Of a DNA stretch of 64,000 nt, positions 1 through 15,000 are shown piece by piece. The notes below the pieces were generated by a model. It saw nothing but the letters and a program-made list of their open reading frames with translations, was not told the origin of the DNA and did no database searches. This DNA is from Phoronis australis (Eukaryota > Animalia > Phoronida), in the NCBI GenBank assembly GCA_002633005.1, contig NMRA01000147.1, positions 671,179 to 735,178 of the forward strand, written 5' to 3'. A program made the translations under genes and the position numbers. Position 1 is the stretch's first letter. The number at the start of each line of letters is the position of its first letter.

Positions 1-86
1 GTTGCTTTAGCATCTTTGAGTTGACATTGTCTCTTTATATTGCATTTATTTTGAGATGATCGTTCATCAGTTTGTTTTTGTTGCAG

Positions 87-3000
87 AAACGAAATGCCGA
101 AGATGACGCCATAATAACAGAGGAAGATGTAAGTTCTACTGTTTTGTGTCAGGGATATTCTGAGCATACCTTTGTCTAAGCTAGTCTTTAGAGACAAATT
201 AGAAAACATCATGGTTTTACCAGGGGCCTCTTTCTTGAAGTCTGTTTACTTTAATTTGTCTATTGACTTTTGGCTAAAAATCAGTCAACAGATGACTTAG
301 CTTGTTTCGTGAAAACCAGGCTATAGCTGAAAATCCAAAAAACTGTTCACAACTCGAAGCCAAAAGACAGAAGTCCATGGTTTGCTCAAAGAGACAGCAG
401 ACCAAATGTTTTGAGAAGTACAAGACAAAAAAATTTTGGCTGCTCATAGTCAGATCTCTGACTGTGGCTGAAGTCAAAGGTAATTGGACTCTTGGACAAA
501 TAGACCCTGGGGCTGATGAATTACTAATTGTGAATATTATTAATCACAACTTCTGGAACTTGCAGTGAGTTATAATTGATCATAGTACTAACTAAGCTAA
601 CATGAATTATACAGCATAAAAAAGATTTGACGGAACAAAAATTTGATTTAGATTTAAAGTTCTATAATGGTAAAATGTCACCCATTTTGGACAAACTTAT
701 CGCCAGAATTGGTTGTTTTTCAAGAGCATCTATGTGAATGCCCACATCTCCTCAAGACATTGTCCAGTGATAGCTTTAGTATTCAACTTAAGACTAATAA
801 AGCCTTTATTTTATGCTACTTAATATCTTTGATGGAAAAAACAAATTAAATTTGATTTGTCTACCATGTTGCATCCTAAGTTGGTTAAAATTTAGAGTAA
901 GTTATGAAACAAATGTCATAATGAAACTGGTTCTCATTTCTAGGGCCCCCAGTTGCCTTTAACATAATGTAGTAACTTTCTTTTAGCTAAAGAAATTCCA
1001 TTCTTATGATGAGTGGAGAAAGGCTAGAGATCGTAGGAAGAGGCCAAATCACAGGACACGGGTAAAGTCATAGTCTGATTTGAAGATCAATGGTAACTAC
1101 TCAGCCATCTTCATTTTCATCTGTGACTGTGTGGTAATGTCTGACCACCTCTGGATATGTTTTAGATGGCATAAACTGACATAGAACTACCAATATTTTG
1201 CAGTAAAAACATTCATTTGGTTCTTGTTCAATGGAAATTGCTGGTTTAAAAAAATGCCTCTTTTTTGCATGTGTTGAATTACAATGTGGATGGGTTTTCC
1301 TACCTGCGTTGAAGTTTACCCACCATGCATAGAGTTTTACCTTGGCCAATGGATTTTGCAAAGAACTATGCAGAACCATGTAAAGATCACTGCTAGCTGG
1401 ACACCACTATCCAATATTGGACGTGTTTCCCCAGTCATTACCGAGCAGTGTGTGATTAGGACTAATTTACAAAACCTGATAAATCCAATTAGCTTTTCGC
1501 TACTACCTTCACTGCAGGAGTTTTAATTTGATTAATATGTTTTTACAGAAAGCAAAACAGAAAGCCAATAAGCCGGTTCTTGAAAAGCCAAAACAGTTCA
1601 CCAAGAAGCAGTTGTTGGTTATGCAGAAGAAGCGTGAGATGGTATGATAAGCTGCCATAAGGTTTTGTAGAACTCGGGGAAAAATGTCCAGATTAGGCTA
1701 ACTTCTGAACAATGTCAGAAATGACTAATCAGTTAGCATGAAAACGAAAAGATGATTTAGAAAACAGTGAGAGCACTTTTGAGAATTCACCTTGAGCTAT
1801 TGCATAAAATTTTGTCATGTTATTGATACTATTGTTGTACTATCAGTGTACCTTTCATTTTTCCTAAATTTTACAAAAAAGTCTTGGTCATGTGACTAAA
1901 TAAATGACAGTTTGACAAAAAGTCACTAATCAAATTCTACAGTCAGGCTTTCTGCTTTTAGAAAATTTAAATTAAATTTATACTGTGAGTGAGTTGAAAT
2001 CTGCAGTTGTGTAGATATTTGGCTGAATAACATACAGACTTGATGATAAGGTCCTACATAACGTTAACATTCAAATTGTGGAGTGTTGCTTAGCTGTTAA
2101 ACCTGTTAGGCCTTATGTTAACTTAAAGGGATATTAAACCTGCCTTGTGTCACAAAAACTAATCTTCAATATGGACCACATATGAAATTGGTTAAAAATT
2201 GTTCCTTATTCAAGTTAGGGTGGTTTCTTTGGGTTGGAGAAAATGCACACTTCGTCATTGCCTGAGAAGGCTCTATAACCTGGCTTGTCTCGAGTGGTTC
2301 ATTTTATATGCCAAGCATGGCCTGGAGCAGTAAAGAATTGTCAGTTTGTTTCAAGCCCAGAAACCTCTTCTCGCCTAAGTTAGGAACTAGTCGAGATTAG
2401 TTCGATTGCGGTGTGGGGTACTAATCAAAAGTTAGTTTCTTTGAAGGAATGCAAGTTTATAACCTCTTCAGTGTAATGTAATATTTGGTAACAATGGTCC
2501 ACGTTTGTGCAAAGCTGCATTTTGCCCTGTTTAGCGAGCTAAAAAAACGAAAATTGAATTTGTTCTCAAAATTTGTTATCATGAGATGACTTGCTTTGTG
2601 TTACCAAGAAGAATATACAAACCCTTAACATGTGAAGAAACGCCTAGAAATTTTTTTTGATTTTGTTGACGTTGGCTTTAAACCCTGAAATTCGAAAAGG
2701 ACGTACAAGGATTTCTATTTAAAAATAGGTCAGGTGTAGACAATAATGACCACAAGTATATCGCAGAACAGTTGTGATTGGTTTTTTTTCTCTTCTGTTA
2801 AAAGTCGAACTCTGTTGACGTGAACGGTAAACAGGACAAAATACAGCTGCTGTACTGATCAGATGATCAGATGCAATGTTCGTTATTTTTCTTGATTCTG
2901 TTAGGAGGCTGAACAAATCGGAACTGAATTGGAAAGGAAGAGCCAAGAAATACTATTGAAGGAATCGACGTCCAAGAAAGACCCTCATGATTGCAAAGAG

Positions 3001-6000
3001 TGAGTAACGTCTTGGGCAAATTACCAAAAATATGATTAATTTTGATGCATTTACAAAATAACCAAGAGAGTTTTCCCTGACAGATCCACGTAACTGATAA
3101 AGTTGAAATTGCACCCTGCTAGTGTTTGACCGGATTGTGGCGCTCTGTAAATCCCTCATTGTGGAAACTGGTAAATGAGATACATTGAAGGTAATTTTGA
3201 TGCATTAATAAACCAAGGAGTTAATGCTGTCTTCAATTATTCCGGAGTGCTTTACAGACAAAAAGTCCGGCGTTCAAATACAGTTGTGAAATTTGCCCCT
3301 TTTCGTGACAAGTTTTGATGTCCCTCCTTGTAGAAAGCTTCTGAATTTGAAGATTTTCTGGTCTAAGAATTGAGCTATTGGGATTCTCTGCCAACTTGTT
3401 TCTAACTCCCACAGCAAATCAACTGGTGGTGATATTAAACGGTCCCTCATCCAGAAAGTGTCTCAGGAAATGGAGGCATTGAAATTGGCTCAGGAGCATG
3501 AAGCGATGCGAGCTGCGGAGGCAGTAGATGCCATCGAAGCCAAAAACAAGGCAGCACTGAGGAAACAAAGGAAGAAGGAAGCTAAGCAGATGGTGAGTGT
3601 AGTGTAGGAGGCCGCTAAAGAAAAACATAGAATGGAAATTGATTCCAAGACAGCGAAATCAATTCTGTATTCTCGCCAAAAATTTATATAAATGAGGCAG
3701 TCTATCAACCTGCTGAAAATCCTTGCATTGCTAAAAAGTTGTCCAGATGGGGCATCGTCTCCTTGACTGTGAGGAAATCTCCGTCTGATAGCATAGGACA
3801 GTGTCATCTGTTGTTGGCTTGGATGCACAACATCCAGAGTTTGATCCAGGATCATTTTCAGAATGTCGTGCTTGCTTATATTAGTGAGCAGTGTTGCCAG
3901 TACTAGGACATCTCTCAAAGCGATTCAGAATCGAACCTCGAATCAGAAAGCTTACCGATTACTCGATTCTGAAAAAATTCAGATTCATGCCACTAATGAA
4001 AATATTAAATGTTTGATTTGCTTGTTAGGTGGTGGTAGTGTGTGCACAAGTTTACAGACACAATTCTACGCGATCTTCTACATTCTAGAGAAAAGAAATG
4101 AAGATGACTCATGCTAACAGCAACTCGTCCAATGACAGCATGGAAGACAACACTCTGAGGATTGTGTCGTGCACGGCAAACACATCTAAAGACACACTGT
4201 TCCCTGAGATTGTCAACCCGACGCCGCTCTTGCCTGTTCGTCCGAGCGTGATAAGTTCAGACAAGATGGCTGCTGAAAGCCTGAAAGAGGAACGTGACCA
4301 ACAATTGCAGTCTTTTCTAGCAAAAGTGAAGCAACATCGACTGAAGCAGACGACAGTGACCTCTGAAGGGAAGGACAAGACAGAGAGCGAGGTAAGCCTT
4401 ACTTGGCATTTGCCTGGTTGGGATTAGAAAACGTCTACGCTCAGTTGCCCTTGGCAACCTCATGGTTCAAACTCTTGCTTGTGAGATTTCTGCCCAAAGT
4501 AGTTTTTGCAGACTCTGGGATTATCTCTATTTTTGATGCGCACTCACTTTGAGATCAAGGTAACTGATACTTTCTGGACAGGTTAAGTAGGAAATGTGTG
4601 ATTATTGCTGTTTGAAATATGTATATGGTGCTGATGATTTGTGTGCAACAGGAACTGAATGTCACTCAATTGAATTTGCATCATTTCAGATGGACAGAAT
4701 GATTTTATTTCTGTCCCACTTGACAGCCTCACCCTATTGTAAGTTGTAGTGGTGGCCAGTATAGACGCTTGCTTTTGTGTGCACTAAATTCTTCCCCTCA
4801 TCCCCTTGGACATTTTTGGTACCGAAAAACTGTTTCCCAGCTCTGAGATAAGCAAAGCTGACAGCCTTTGTATAAGCATTGTTCATCTATTCTAACTGCT
4901 GTAGCTTTAGTTTGTACCGCCGGTGCTGTGTGATTCCTACCATTCGTGTACTGTTCACTGCTATCGGGTTACCAATGACTGAAAACTACACCTGCTTAGC
5001 AGGAGCATTGCACCTAAGGACGTTCACATGCAAACACTGCACCTAAAGCATTGTGATGTTATCCCAAGGGTAGATTTTCAATTGTGCTACGTGTAAGTTT
5101 GGTGTTCACATAATTCTCCCTTGTTTCAAAGGGGCACAATTCTTATGTCGAAGACCAGGATTGGTTTTATGTTATCAGTCATTAGTAACCTTTGTCCATT
5201 AAGGAGTTTTCTCCCTGTTGTAACTTACAATTTTCTGACTATTTAATGAAGTGGTCTGATAAATGGGATTATTGGTATTTTTTGAAACTTGCAAAACCCT
5301 GAAGCTTTGTTTATGGCCCATAAAGGACCGTAAATTAAGTGCTCTTTGGACCACTGTCTCTGAATGCGCCTGTGGACGGATTTCATGAGACTTCAGTACA
5401 AGCCAAAGGTATTCAGACGGAATATTCTGGAATTTCCATCATGACGGGTGGGCAGATGTGAAATTCATTGTGGCTTATGACTGCAAATGAAGGGGACTTA
5501 ACAGGAAAGTTAGTAAAGGTGTCTAAAGTAAGCCTTTCTTTAATTAGAATATTGCTGCTTTCAAACAGTAATGTTTGCTGTTATCAAAATTAGTAGACAC
5601 GACGACAACATGGTATTTTGTCCAATTACTTTAGTTGTGTGCTGTAGGTCACGTCATCAAGTTACAAATGCGTTCATTGCGACTAGCGAGGACAAGCAAT
5701 GGCATGGGGCCAACAGAAAAATGAAAATGGTCACCTCTTAATATTTTTTATTGGGAATTAGCATGGTCATGAATGTTACACAGACTGAGTCATGTAATAC
5801 GAAATTCTGTGTCAAATTTTACGTAAAGGATGGTTTGGTAATCACAAATCATTTTGTTCTCAGAACCTCAGTCATCTCTTCGGAAGCATTCAAAACTATG
5901 GAATTGCTGCGGGAAGAAGTAAATGTAGTTAGTTTGTGGTTAAGAAATTTCTGTTTATGAGATCACTTGATTGCCTGGTGCTTTGCATCCTTTGCGTTTT

Positions 6001-9000
6001 GGTGTGGATGTTTTGTGCGTTTTTTACATTACAGCGTGCTCTTTTATGATATGGGTGTTGGTTAAACCACTGAGCTGACATGGATGTGTGCTAACCATAG
6101 TCAGGGCTTGGAATTTACCTCTCTTTAGAGGATTTCCTTATTTCAGGTTTTTATTCTTATTTGATTTCCAGTTTCCTCGTTTTTCATTTCTATTTTATCA
6201 TTACTTTTGACTTTATTCATGGTAAATGAGTACTCCTTCAAAGTGAGATTGTGCAAGTTTTCAGAGACCAAAAAGTTTGCATCTTCAGCTGAAGGTAGAA
6301 CAAGTGCGAGACGACTTAGTATGCATAAAATACAAACGGACAAAATAAAACGTGGAACACTACAAGGCCGTGGTAAATCACTTCAGTTCAGAAATGCACA
6401 TTCACCACTTAACAAAACGGTTACACAGAGTTAGAAGTTGGGAAATGGATTGTAACACCTTGTACAAAGCACACTGTCTCACTTGAATACTGTGACATCC
6501 CTAATGGTTGTTGGTGTTAATTTATACTTTGTGACTTACAGAGCAGCCAGTCATGGCTGAACCATTATGCCTCATGCTGGTGAAGTCTGTGATGCTAGAA
6601 AACTTACTATGGACATAGATTCTCTTTTTATTGATTTGTACAGCAAATGCCACCTGGTGGGCAATTTGGGCAGAAAACTACTGCTGCAGTACTTTCCAGG
6701 TAGACCTTCATCTGGTTTTGACAGATTAAGAAGTTAAGAAAAATGCACCAGTGGTGAATATTACCAATCCAATAACTGATATTGTTACTAGGTGTTATAG
6801 TAATGAGAAGTCCAAACGCTGAAAGAAATATACGTGATTCTGTTGGGAATCGATCTCCGAATTTTGTACCTGAACTGCCCATCTACTGTATGTAAGCATG
6901 TTGCCATATTTAGAAGTCTTTAAGAAGCCCTTTATGTTTTTTATTATTTTACTGTCAAATTCTAATCACTTGTGTTGAATTCAAACCTCCACGCAAGCAT
7001 GACAACTCTTCACAAAAATATGTATGACATATATTCTTTATTGAAATATATACATATAGCCATAGGCCCAAAGTATTACAAGATAGTACATTGTCAGGTG
7101 CATTAAAGACTGGATAGTAAATTGTGACGCTTGAGAGCCTGAGTGTTGTTGATATGGCTCACTGTCTATTGTGACGCTTGAGAGCCTGAGTGTTGTTGAC
7201 ATGGCTCACTGTCTATTGTGACGCTTGAGAGCCTGAGTGTTGTTGACATGGCTCACTGTCTATTTATCCCTTATAAACAATGTTTCTCCAATCCATTGCT
7301 CTGTGCATTTCTACGTCCTCTGTCTGACTGCAAAGCATGGAATCTATCCAAAATGTTATTTTTTGCTCCATTTTCATAACTTTTTGAGAAAATCTTGTGG
7401 CTGAGTGTTTAAATGACATACAAAAACGTCTAAATTTGAATCTCTCATGAGAACTCTGCATACCTCGCTTCTAAAATTTGCCCACCATGCTCTTAAGCGT
7501 CACAATTTACTATCCAGTTTTAACGCACCTGACAATGTATTATCTTGTATATGTTATACTTTGGGTCTATGGTCTATGGTCTATGGTCATACGTATATAT
7601 TTCAACTAAGATTATAAACAAACACAGAGTCTTCTCCTTAATGTTCTCATTTAAGAGAATATTAATTACTGACTTTCATTCTTGGTCAATACATTAATTT
7701 AGTTGATCATATTTTTTGGGGTCTCAAAAACAACATATTGACCTTGGTGAAAGTCAGTAATATTGTGTTTGTCGTTTTTTTTGAGAAGCCGAATTCATGA
7801 CTGAAATGCTGTGTTCATAAGAATGTTAATGGTACCAGTTGTCAAAATAGGGTAAGTACTGTTCTCCTAAGCAGTGGATTGGTCTTTGTGCCATTCCTAG
7901 TTTTAAGTGAATAAATTGCACTTTGTGTTTTCCTGGTCTTGTGAAAAGTTGTTTTAAAGGTCCCCAAGTTTTCGAAAGTATAAAGAATCTGACAATAATT
8001 TTTATTATGAAATAGTCATAAGTATTACGAGAGGTGTAAGTAACTTGTAAAGTTGCTGAATGTACAGCATTCTGTATAAGTGTTGCAGGATTTGCATGAT
8101 ACCATTCATAGACTTGGGTCGAGGATGGGTCATCACATACACTATTCCTGGATGCAGATAGGTGACATGAACACACGTGGTGTTTTGGGACATGAACAGG
8201 TTTGTTTAGTTTCCATAATAAATTTTAAGAAAATTCCTGTTAATTGAGCATTCTGCTTGCACAGGTGGATATCAACCTTGACTCAGGCCGTGACCAAAAG
8301 AGGGAGCTGCTGAACAAGCACTTGCAACAGTACAAGGAGCTGATGAGTCAGCAGCCATGTCGACACACGGAGGAACAGTTGCGCCAGGAGAGACGGCAGA
8401 AGCAGCGGGAGATGGAGGTTAAACACCAGAAGGAGGTGGAGAGGCTGAGGCTTGAGGTAGTTTAAAGGGGTGTCAGTTTTTCAATTTAAAACATGATATG
8501 TATAGTTCCCATGCATCGTGGAACACCTCAGTGATAAATGACAACAGTTTCCATGAATGGAAAACTTGTGTAAAATAAAAAAAGGCAAAACTCATGGCAA
8601 ATTTAAAAGATGAATGAAATCCAGTTACCATTTTTTTGAGTCCTATAGGAAGGTCATGGAAACAGGAATGACCATGGAAAATGAAAGTTATTACAACCTG
8701 GAGAATCCATGGAAACGAAAGAAGTGGGAGTGGGAACCATGAATATGGCAGACCCGATATTTTACTTCAAGTTATGAGACTAACATTGATAGTTCTGATG
8801 AATACTTTGTGTTGTATAGCTGTGAGTTATCAATCACATTGGCAAATTTTTAGCAATGCATTGAGCTTTTGAAGAATGGAAAATGTCAATTTTGTCAATT
8901 GTTTTTAATCAAAAACTCTACTGTAAGCGTCTCTTAGAATTTAACCTGACTATTTAGTGACCCATTGCCTTAGAATTTTGCCAAGCATGATGGTTTTCCA

Positions 9001-12000
9001 GAACTGGCAACAATGGCAGATATGAGAAAGTGAAAATTGACTGTATGGCTGAAGAGAGTGGCACTATCTCATAAGTAATTGCTATGTCTTTAGGCTGTAT
9101 TATAATAATGAATTCTAGAACATATTTATTAAGCAAATATTTACAGCATTGTATTAGATGGTAGTACAGAATTGCTTTTTATGTTGAACAGTTAATGCAC
9201 AACCCGTTCTTGAGAAGATAAGTATTAATAGTAAACTGTGCACAAACTTAGGGGGGAATCAACTTCTAGACAGACGTGACTCAAGTTTTTGATAAAAGTT
9301 GAATGCTGCTTTGAGGAATTCTAAGTGACTACAAGGTGAATAGTGTAAGTAAGATATGAACAATGCTGTGCTTATTATGAACATGATGATATTACAAGCT
9401 GATCCAATCACTGTTGACGTGTTCTGTTACTGTGACGGAGACAAGCTTGGAACCACACCATGACCTAAGCTCCCTCTGTTTGTTCAGTCCAAGGTATACT
9501 CCTGCTTTAAGTTTCAACCCAGTGCGTGCAGTGATGCCCATGAACAGCAGCAGGAACTCATGAGGCTGGAACGTAACAAGGATGTGTCAGTAGACCCAGA
9601 ACTGCTGGATATTGAGGAGCGCTATGGAGGTCTGAAGGCAGACTACAGCAAGGTGACAAAGTGAGTGAGATGCTGCTGCATGCTACGTCAAGCATTTGCT
9701 GATAATGATGTATATTTAGTTGTGTTTCTGCTGGTTCAAATATTAGATGAGAGAAAATAGCTGTCTAGTCCATCGTGGCTCCATCGATACTACTCAACTA
9801 TGTTTGGTTGATTGTCATGATTTTTGTTGTGCTGTCGATCAAATTTATGAAGTAAGAAAAAAATTGGTGGGGAAGTCTGATGAAAGTGATCCAAAATTTT
9901 TGTTGTTTTTGGAAACTGTTGAAGATTTTAGTGATTTAATAGCTAAAGGTACTTTTGGTCCTGTTTAGCTGGGTAAAAACGAAAGCCAAATTCGGGACTT
10001 CTGGTCTCATAAAGTCGGTCTCGTAATGTTCCTTACAGTGACAGGATTCTTTTTCCGTTACCAGCTCAATTCTCAACTAATGTATGGATGTGCCGTTTTC
10101 AAATTCGAACCTGGAAACGTTTTCTTGAGCTTTGCAGTTGTAGGGTTGACCAGCCTCAATTTATTCTGAAGTGTTTTCTCTATGAGTGGTTGATGGTTTC
10201 GATGTTCTTGTTGGTAACGAAAATAGAATCTTGTGGCGCTGAGGAATTTATGAGACAGATATTTTGAGCTTAAAAGGTCTAATTGGGTACTTTTCGATTT
10301 TCTGAACAAAGTGAAATGCAGCTTTTTAAAGATTTTCTGAAACATGTCATTTTTATATTTATTTCAGGAAGAATCCCAAACAGAAAGTGATAACATGGAA
10401 GCCATTGGATGGATGGAGTACTGGACTGCCACCTGAACCTGTCCATAAACCTATTGGTGGGTGACCAACAGAAACAATAGAGAATAGTCTTGGCATGTTT
10501 CAGTGCAATCTCAGAACTATATGTAGTTAATATCTGACGGATCATTGTGTTGATTATGTAACTGCGGGAGTGAACAATAGGCTGTGAACACTACCACCAG
10601 TGCCTAGGATTTATTTCTGCAGCTGTATCAGCTGGAATAATTCAGATTAAATGTCTCGCTCAAGAAAACATTCTACATTGAGTGCATAGGGTTGAGAGTA
10701 ACTCATGCTCACCAGTAGGTCAGGAAATGTTTGGTTTGGTTCCACTTTTCACTCTTGGTTCTCACGGCTCAGTCCACAAGAAGTGCATGAACATTGTTTT
10801 GGGCTAATCACTGTAAAACATTTCATGAGGTTGTGTGTTGGGAAATTTTATGGAAAACTGTGAGATACATGCTTCGTTTTTGAAAATGTCAATCAGACCT
10901 GATTCGAAACTACCTGTTGCACCCTTAGAATATTTTTGACTGTTCTTGGTAGTTCGTCCAGATCTGCCTAGACCTGCAGCCCCACCTGTTGTTAACGCAT
11001 GGAAAGAGCGAAAGGAACTGCTAGAGTCGTTGCGACCAACAGATCAGGATGATGAGGAGGAAATGTTGCGGCAAGCGCTGGAGTTGAGCCAGCAAGAGGC
11101 TGTATATGAACAGGAGAGATGTCTGTAAGTAATGATTGTGTGGGAGTGGGGTGGAGTTGAGTCAGCAAGAGGCTGTACATGAACAGGAGAGATGTCTGTA
11201 AGTAATGATTGTGTGGAAGTGGGGTGGAGTTGAGTGGGCAAGAGGCTGTATATGAACAGGAGAGATGTCTGTAAGTAATGATTGTGTGGAAGTGGGGTGG
11301 AGTTGAGTGGGCAAGAGGCTGTATATGAACAGGAGAGATGTCTGTAAGTAATGATTGTGTGGAAGTGGGGTGGAGTTGAGTGGGCAAGAGGCTGTATATG
11401 AACAGGAGAGATGTCTGTAAGTAATGATTGTGTGGAAGTGGGGTGGAGTTGAGTGGGCAAGAGGCTGTATATGAACAGGNACTAAAATTGTCACCAGGGT
11501 AAGCACCGGTAGTCATATATGCCCGTGTTATCCCATCCATGATATGAACATGTTTGCAAAATTTCATGAGAATCCATCAAGTGGTTTTGATGATATAGCA
11601 GCGGCTGTTGGATGGATGGACGGATGGACGGACGGACGGACGGACGGCTGGATGGATGGATGGACGGACGGACGGACGGCTGGATGGATGGATGGATGGC
11701 TGGATGGATGGCTCGATGGCTGGCGGGCAGGCTGGCTGGATGGCTGGCGGGCGGGCGGGCTGGCGGGCTGGCTTGATGGCTGGATGGCTGGATGGCTGGC
11801 TGGGGTAAGATCATGAAAGATGTTTGGTGAGAGGAGTCCTTGGTAATTGATTATAACATACTGTCTTGTAAACTTTCTGGTATTTTCAAATACAGCTGTT
11901 CAACTGGGCTTGGTGTTTTGTAATATATGAATATTTTTGAAAATTTGTAAATTGACATTTTATCCAGAGAACATTTAGTGCTGCAAAGTGAATGTTTTTA

Positions 12001-15000
12001 TCATCACACCAAACTGTTGAAGTCTCCATAAGACCTTAACCAAACTAGACAAGTCTTGCATTGAAGAACGTGTTTTAAAGATTAAAGATAATATTGTCTC
12101 TGCGGTCTCCTATTCATAAATGCCAATGGTTGGTAACAGCAGTCCTGTCAGGATCTCAACAATGTTCCCTAAATATTCCACACATCTGTAGACCTTATTT
12201 ACTTACAAACGTATAGTTATTCATCTTTATCTTTTTAAGAGATCCTCCTTTTCTGCGAATATATAATAATTGAAAACTGGGTCCTTGTTTCAATGAAAAT
12301 GAACAGGAACTAAGTCCATAAATCGGGGTCGTTACGTGAAAAGGTCCCCATTTAGTTTCTTATTACGTCTTGAGAAAATTCAATTGCTGAACTGTCGAGA
12401 AAATCTCTTTGATCATGTGTTTCCGTGTGAATTTTACAAGGCAAGCGGTGGAAGCCGAAGTCAAAGCTGAACGACTGGCACGTGAGGTGAGGTTAGCTGC
12501 GGCAAGACAACGTCAGCAAGACTTAGACAGCACCGCTAGCATCCTGGAAGCATTGATGCCGTGCCATGTTAACCCAGCTGGCCAGAACAAACTCAACGGA
12601 AAGAGTGCATCTAGAGCCACCAAACTGGAAAGAGACCACACACTATGTATACCAAAAGCTGACAAGGGGAAAGTCTTAGAGCCTGTTGGTGGGCAAACCA
12701 TCATCTCTCGTACAAAACCCTCCCATTTTGCTGCACCAGCACAGTTGCCTGAAAGTGCACCATGGGAAGAGATGGCGGGAGAAAAAGTGGGTAAACTGTC
12801 TAGTAGTGAGTCACTTGAACAAACAGACGGTAACAAAATGACAAACAAAAGGAGTAGTGACTGGGGGCGATACAGGGATACAGAAGAGGACATTGACAGA
12901 GCTGAGTGTGAAATGTCTCTCAAGTTGTGTGAAGGCAATAGACATGGTGATGGTTACAAAAGACTGAGTGATGTTGACCAGGAGGTGGTGTTGAAAATGA
13001 AAGTGGTCAGTGATAGATCAAATACGACAGGTGCATGTGGCTCTGGTTGGATAACTGTGGGTGGTGAGACAGCTGGTGTAGCAGTGGGTGTGGCAGAGGT
13101 CAAAAATCGAGAAGGTGATGTGACCAGTTCGGCTAAAAGTAAAGAGACTAAGACAAGAAGCAAGAGGTAGGCGAGCTTTGTTTCAACAACTTTCTATGTA
13201 ATTCTTTATTCTAGCACTGGTATTTATTCCTTGCCAATACTAATCTTGTCAATTTTTATTGCATACACAATATAAGGTCCAAAAAGCATACTTGGTTTTA
13301 ATCTCAATGCTCATTTTCCTCGTTAAAAATTTTCTGTTTGAATGTCGAACTGTAAAATAAAAGCAGTTGTTCCACTGCTTGTAAAAATTAAAATTTCTTG
13401 ATTTTTTATTGATACGTCAAATGTACATTGGTCGTTTTAATGTTTTCTTCAATTACATAAATATTGAAAATGTCGTCGAGTTATTGTACAGTTTCGCAAA
13501 GTACTAATATCCGATCACATCATTTTGTCCTTAGCAATGTGCGGCCCAACTTAGGAATATTTTTGTCATCTGGCGTCATCATGAGGACTGCAGTCTATCT
13601 TTTATAACACACCTCATTCCACATCATTTCGGCAGATCACCGAGTCTTTTCAACTCACCTGTAGAAATTGTCACGTTTTTTTTGTATTTTCCCAGCATGT
13701 CCTCTTTTCTAGGCATGAAACCTTGAGCACCTTACAAGTGCCTGTGGTTGAGGGTGCCACTTATGGGAGTCCAGCGTTGAGTGATGACCAGAACTTGGAC
13801 CTGCAGAAGGCACTGATGAAATCCCTGGGAGTGAACACCTTTGGAACCCCCACAGAATTCTCACCCCCAGGTTGTTTTCTCTTTATAAATACTCTCCTGA
13901 AATACGACCTATTGTAGCTGCTTAGAATGTACAGTTTTTTGTGGTGATATTTTTCATTTTTTGATAACCGTATTAATGTTTTGAAATGCTGCTGACAGGG
14001 AGTAAAGTTCTAATCAAAGCATTTTGAAACAATTAGGCGTTCTGTTGTTATTAACTATTATTGTTAGAGTTTGTCCATTTTTACTCGGTTGCAGTTCCAT
14101 TGAGTTATTCCATGAGATGGGTTGAATAACTGGCTTTCAAAGCCTGGTAATTCTTGCTTTAGAATTTAGTTTTAATCATGGCTATGCCTTTACACAGTCA
14201 TATGATACGTCTAGACAGATTTTGACTTAAGCTTTGCAAAGAAAAATAAGATGGGGATTTGTCAGCACCAGTCGGTGTCGCACATATTTAGCAGTTTATT
14301 TTCGGCAGGATTTCCCTTGTCTGTTGATTATTGTCAAAATACTTCAAATATTTAGCAGCTTGCTAGATTTTCATGGAACTTGACACAGAGATGTATGATA
14401 GATGTAGGTGGACACCAGATTGTTTCAGGACAGATTCAACTTCTGTAGCACCCCCTGTTGACTGTTTTTGACAACTTAGGTATTTCGTGACACAAGGGTC
14501 AAGTAATCAATTTGTACTTTGATATGATCACAGTTGCCAAACTAGTGTAATTATATTACTTGTAATTACATTACTTGAAGCATACTGTTTGCAATGCAGC
14601 TATTGGTACTTTTAAATACTTTGTGTAATATTTAAGCATTGTGCTTGTTACATTACAGTTACCAGTGAATATCCTGGATCAAGAGATGAAGACTGGACTT
14701 CTGCCAGTGTCTCTAGAACTGACATGAGCATTAGTAACCAAATAACAACTGGTAATAATCGGTTTTCAAACCTTTGCTGATGGTGATAGTAACTGGGATT
14801 CTGCCATTGACACTAGAACAGTTGGCGATAAGCAGCTGAAAGAGAATGCCTTGGGTGGGAATAATTTGTCTTTGAATGTTTGTTGAAAGCTCTGCAATTG
14901 CCATCCGTGAAATGAGAGTTGTGTGTCTGCCTTACTTGTGCATACATGTGTGAAATACAGAGATAATTCACAAAGTTATGGACAGGTTTGAGTGAAATTT

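Noticed and set aside
10992-11816. Several 90-190-aa ORFs with repetitive peptides ([11 protein letters not shown]..., GWMDGWTDG...)
   Set aside because: They are translations of the 73-bp minisatellite and the GGAY microsatellite, not genes.
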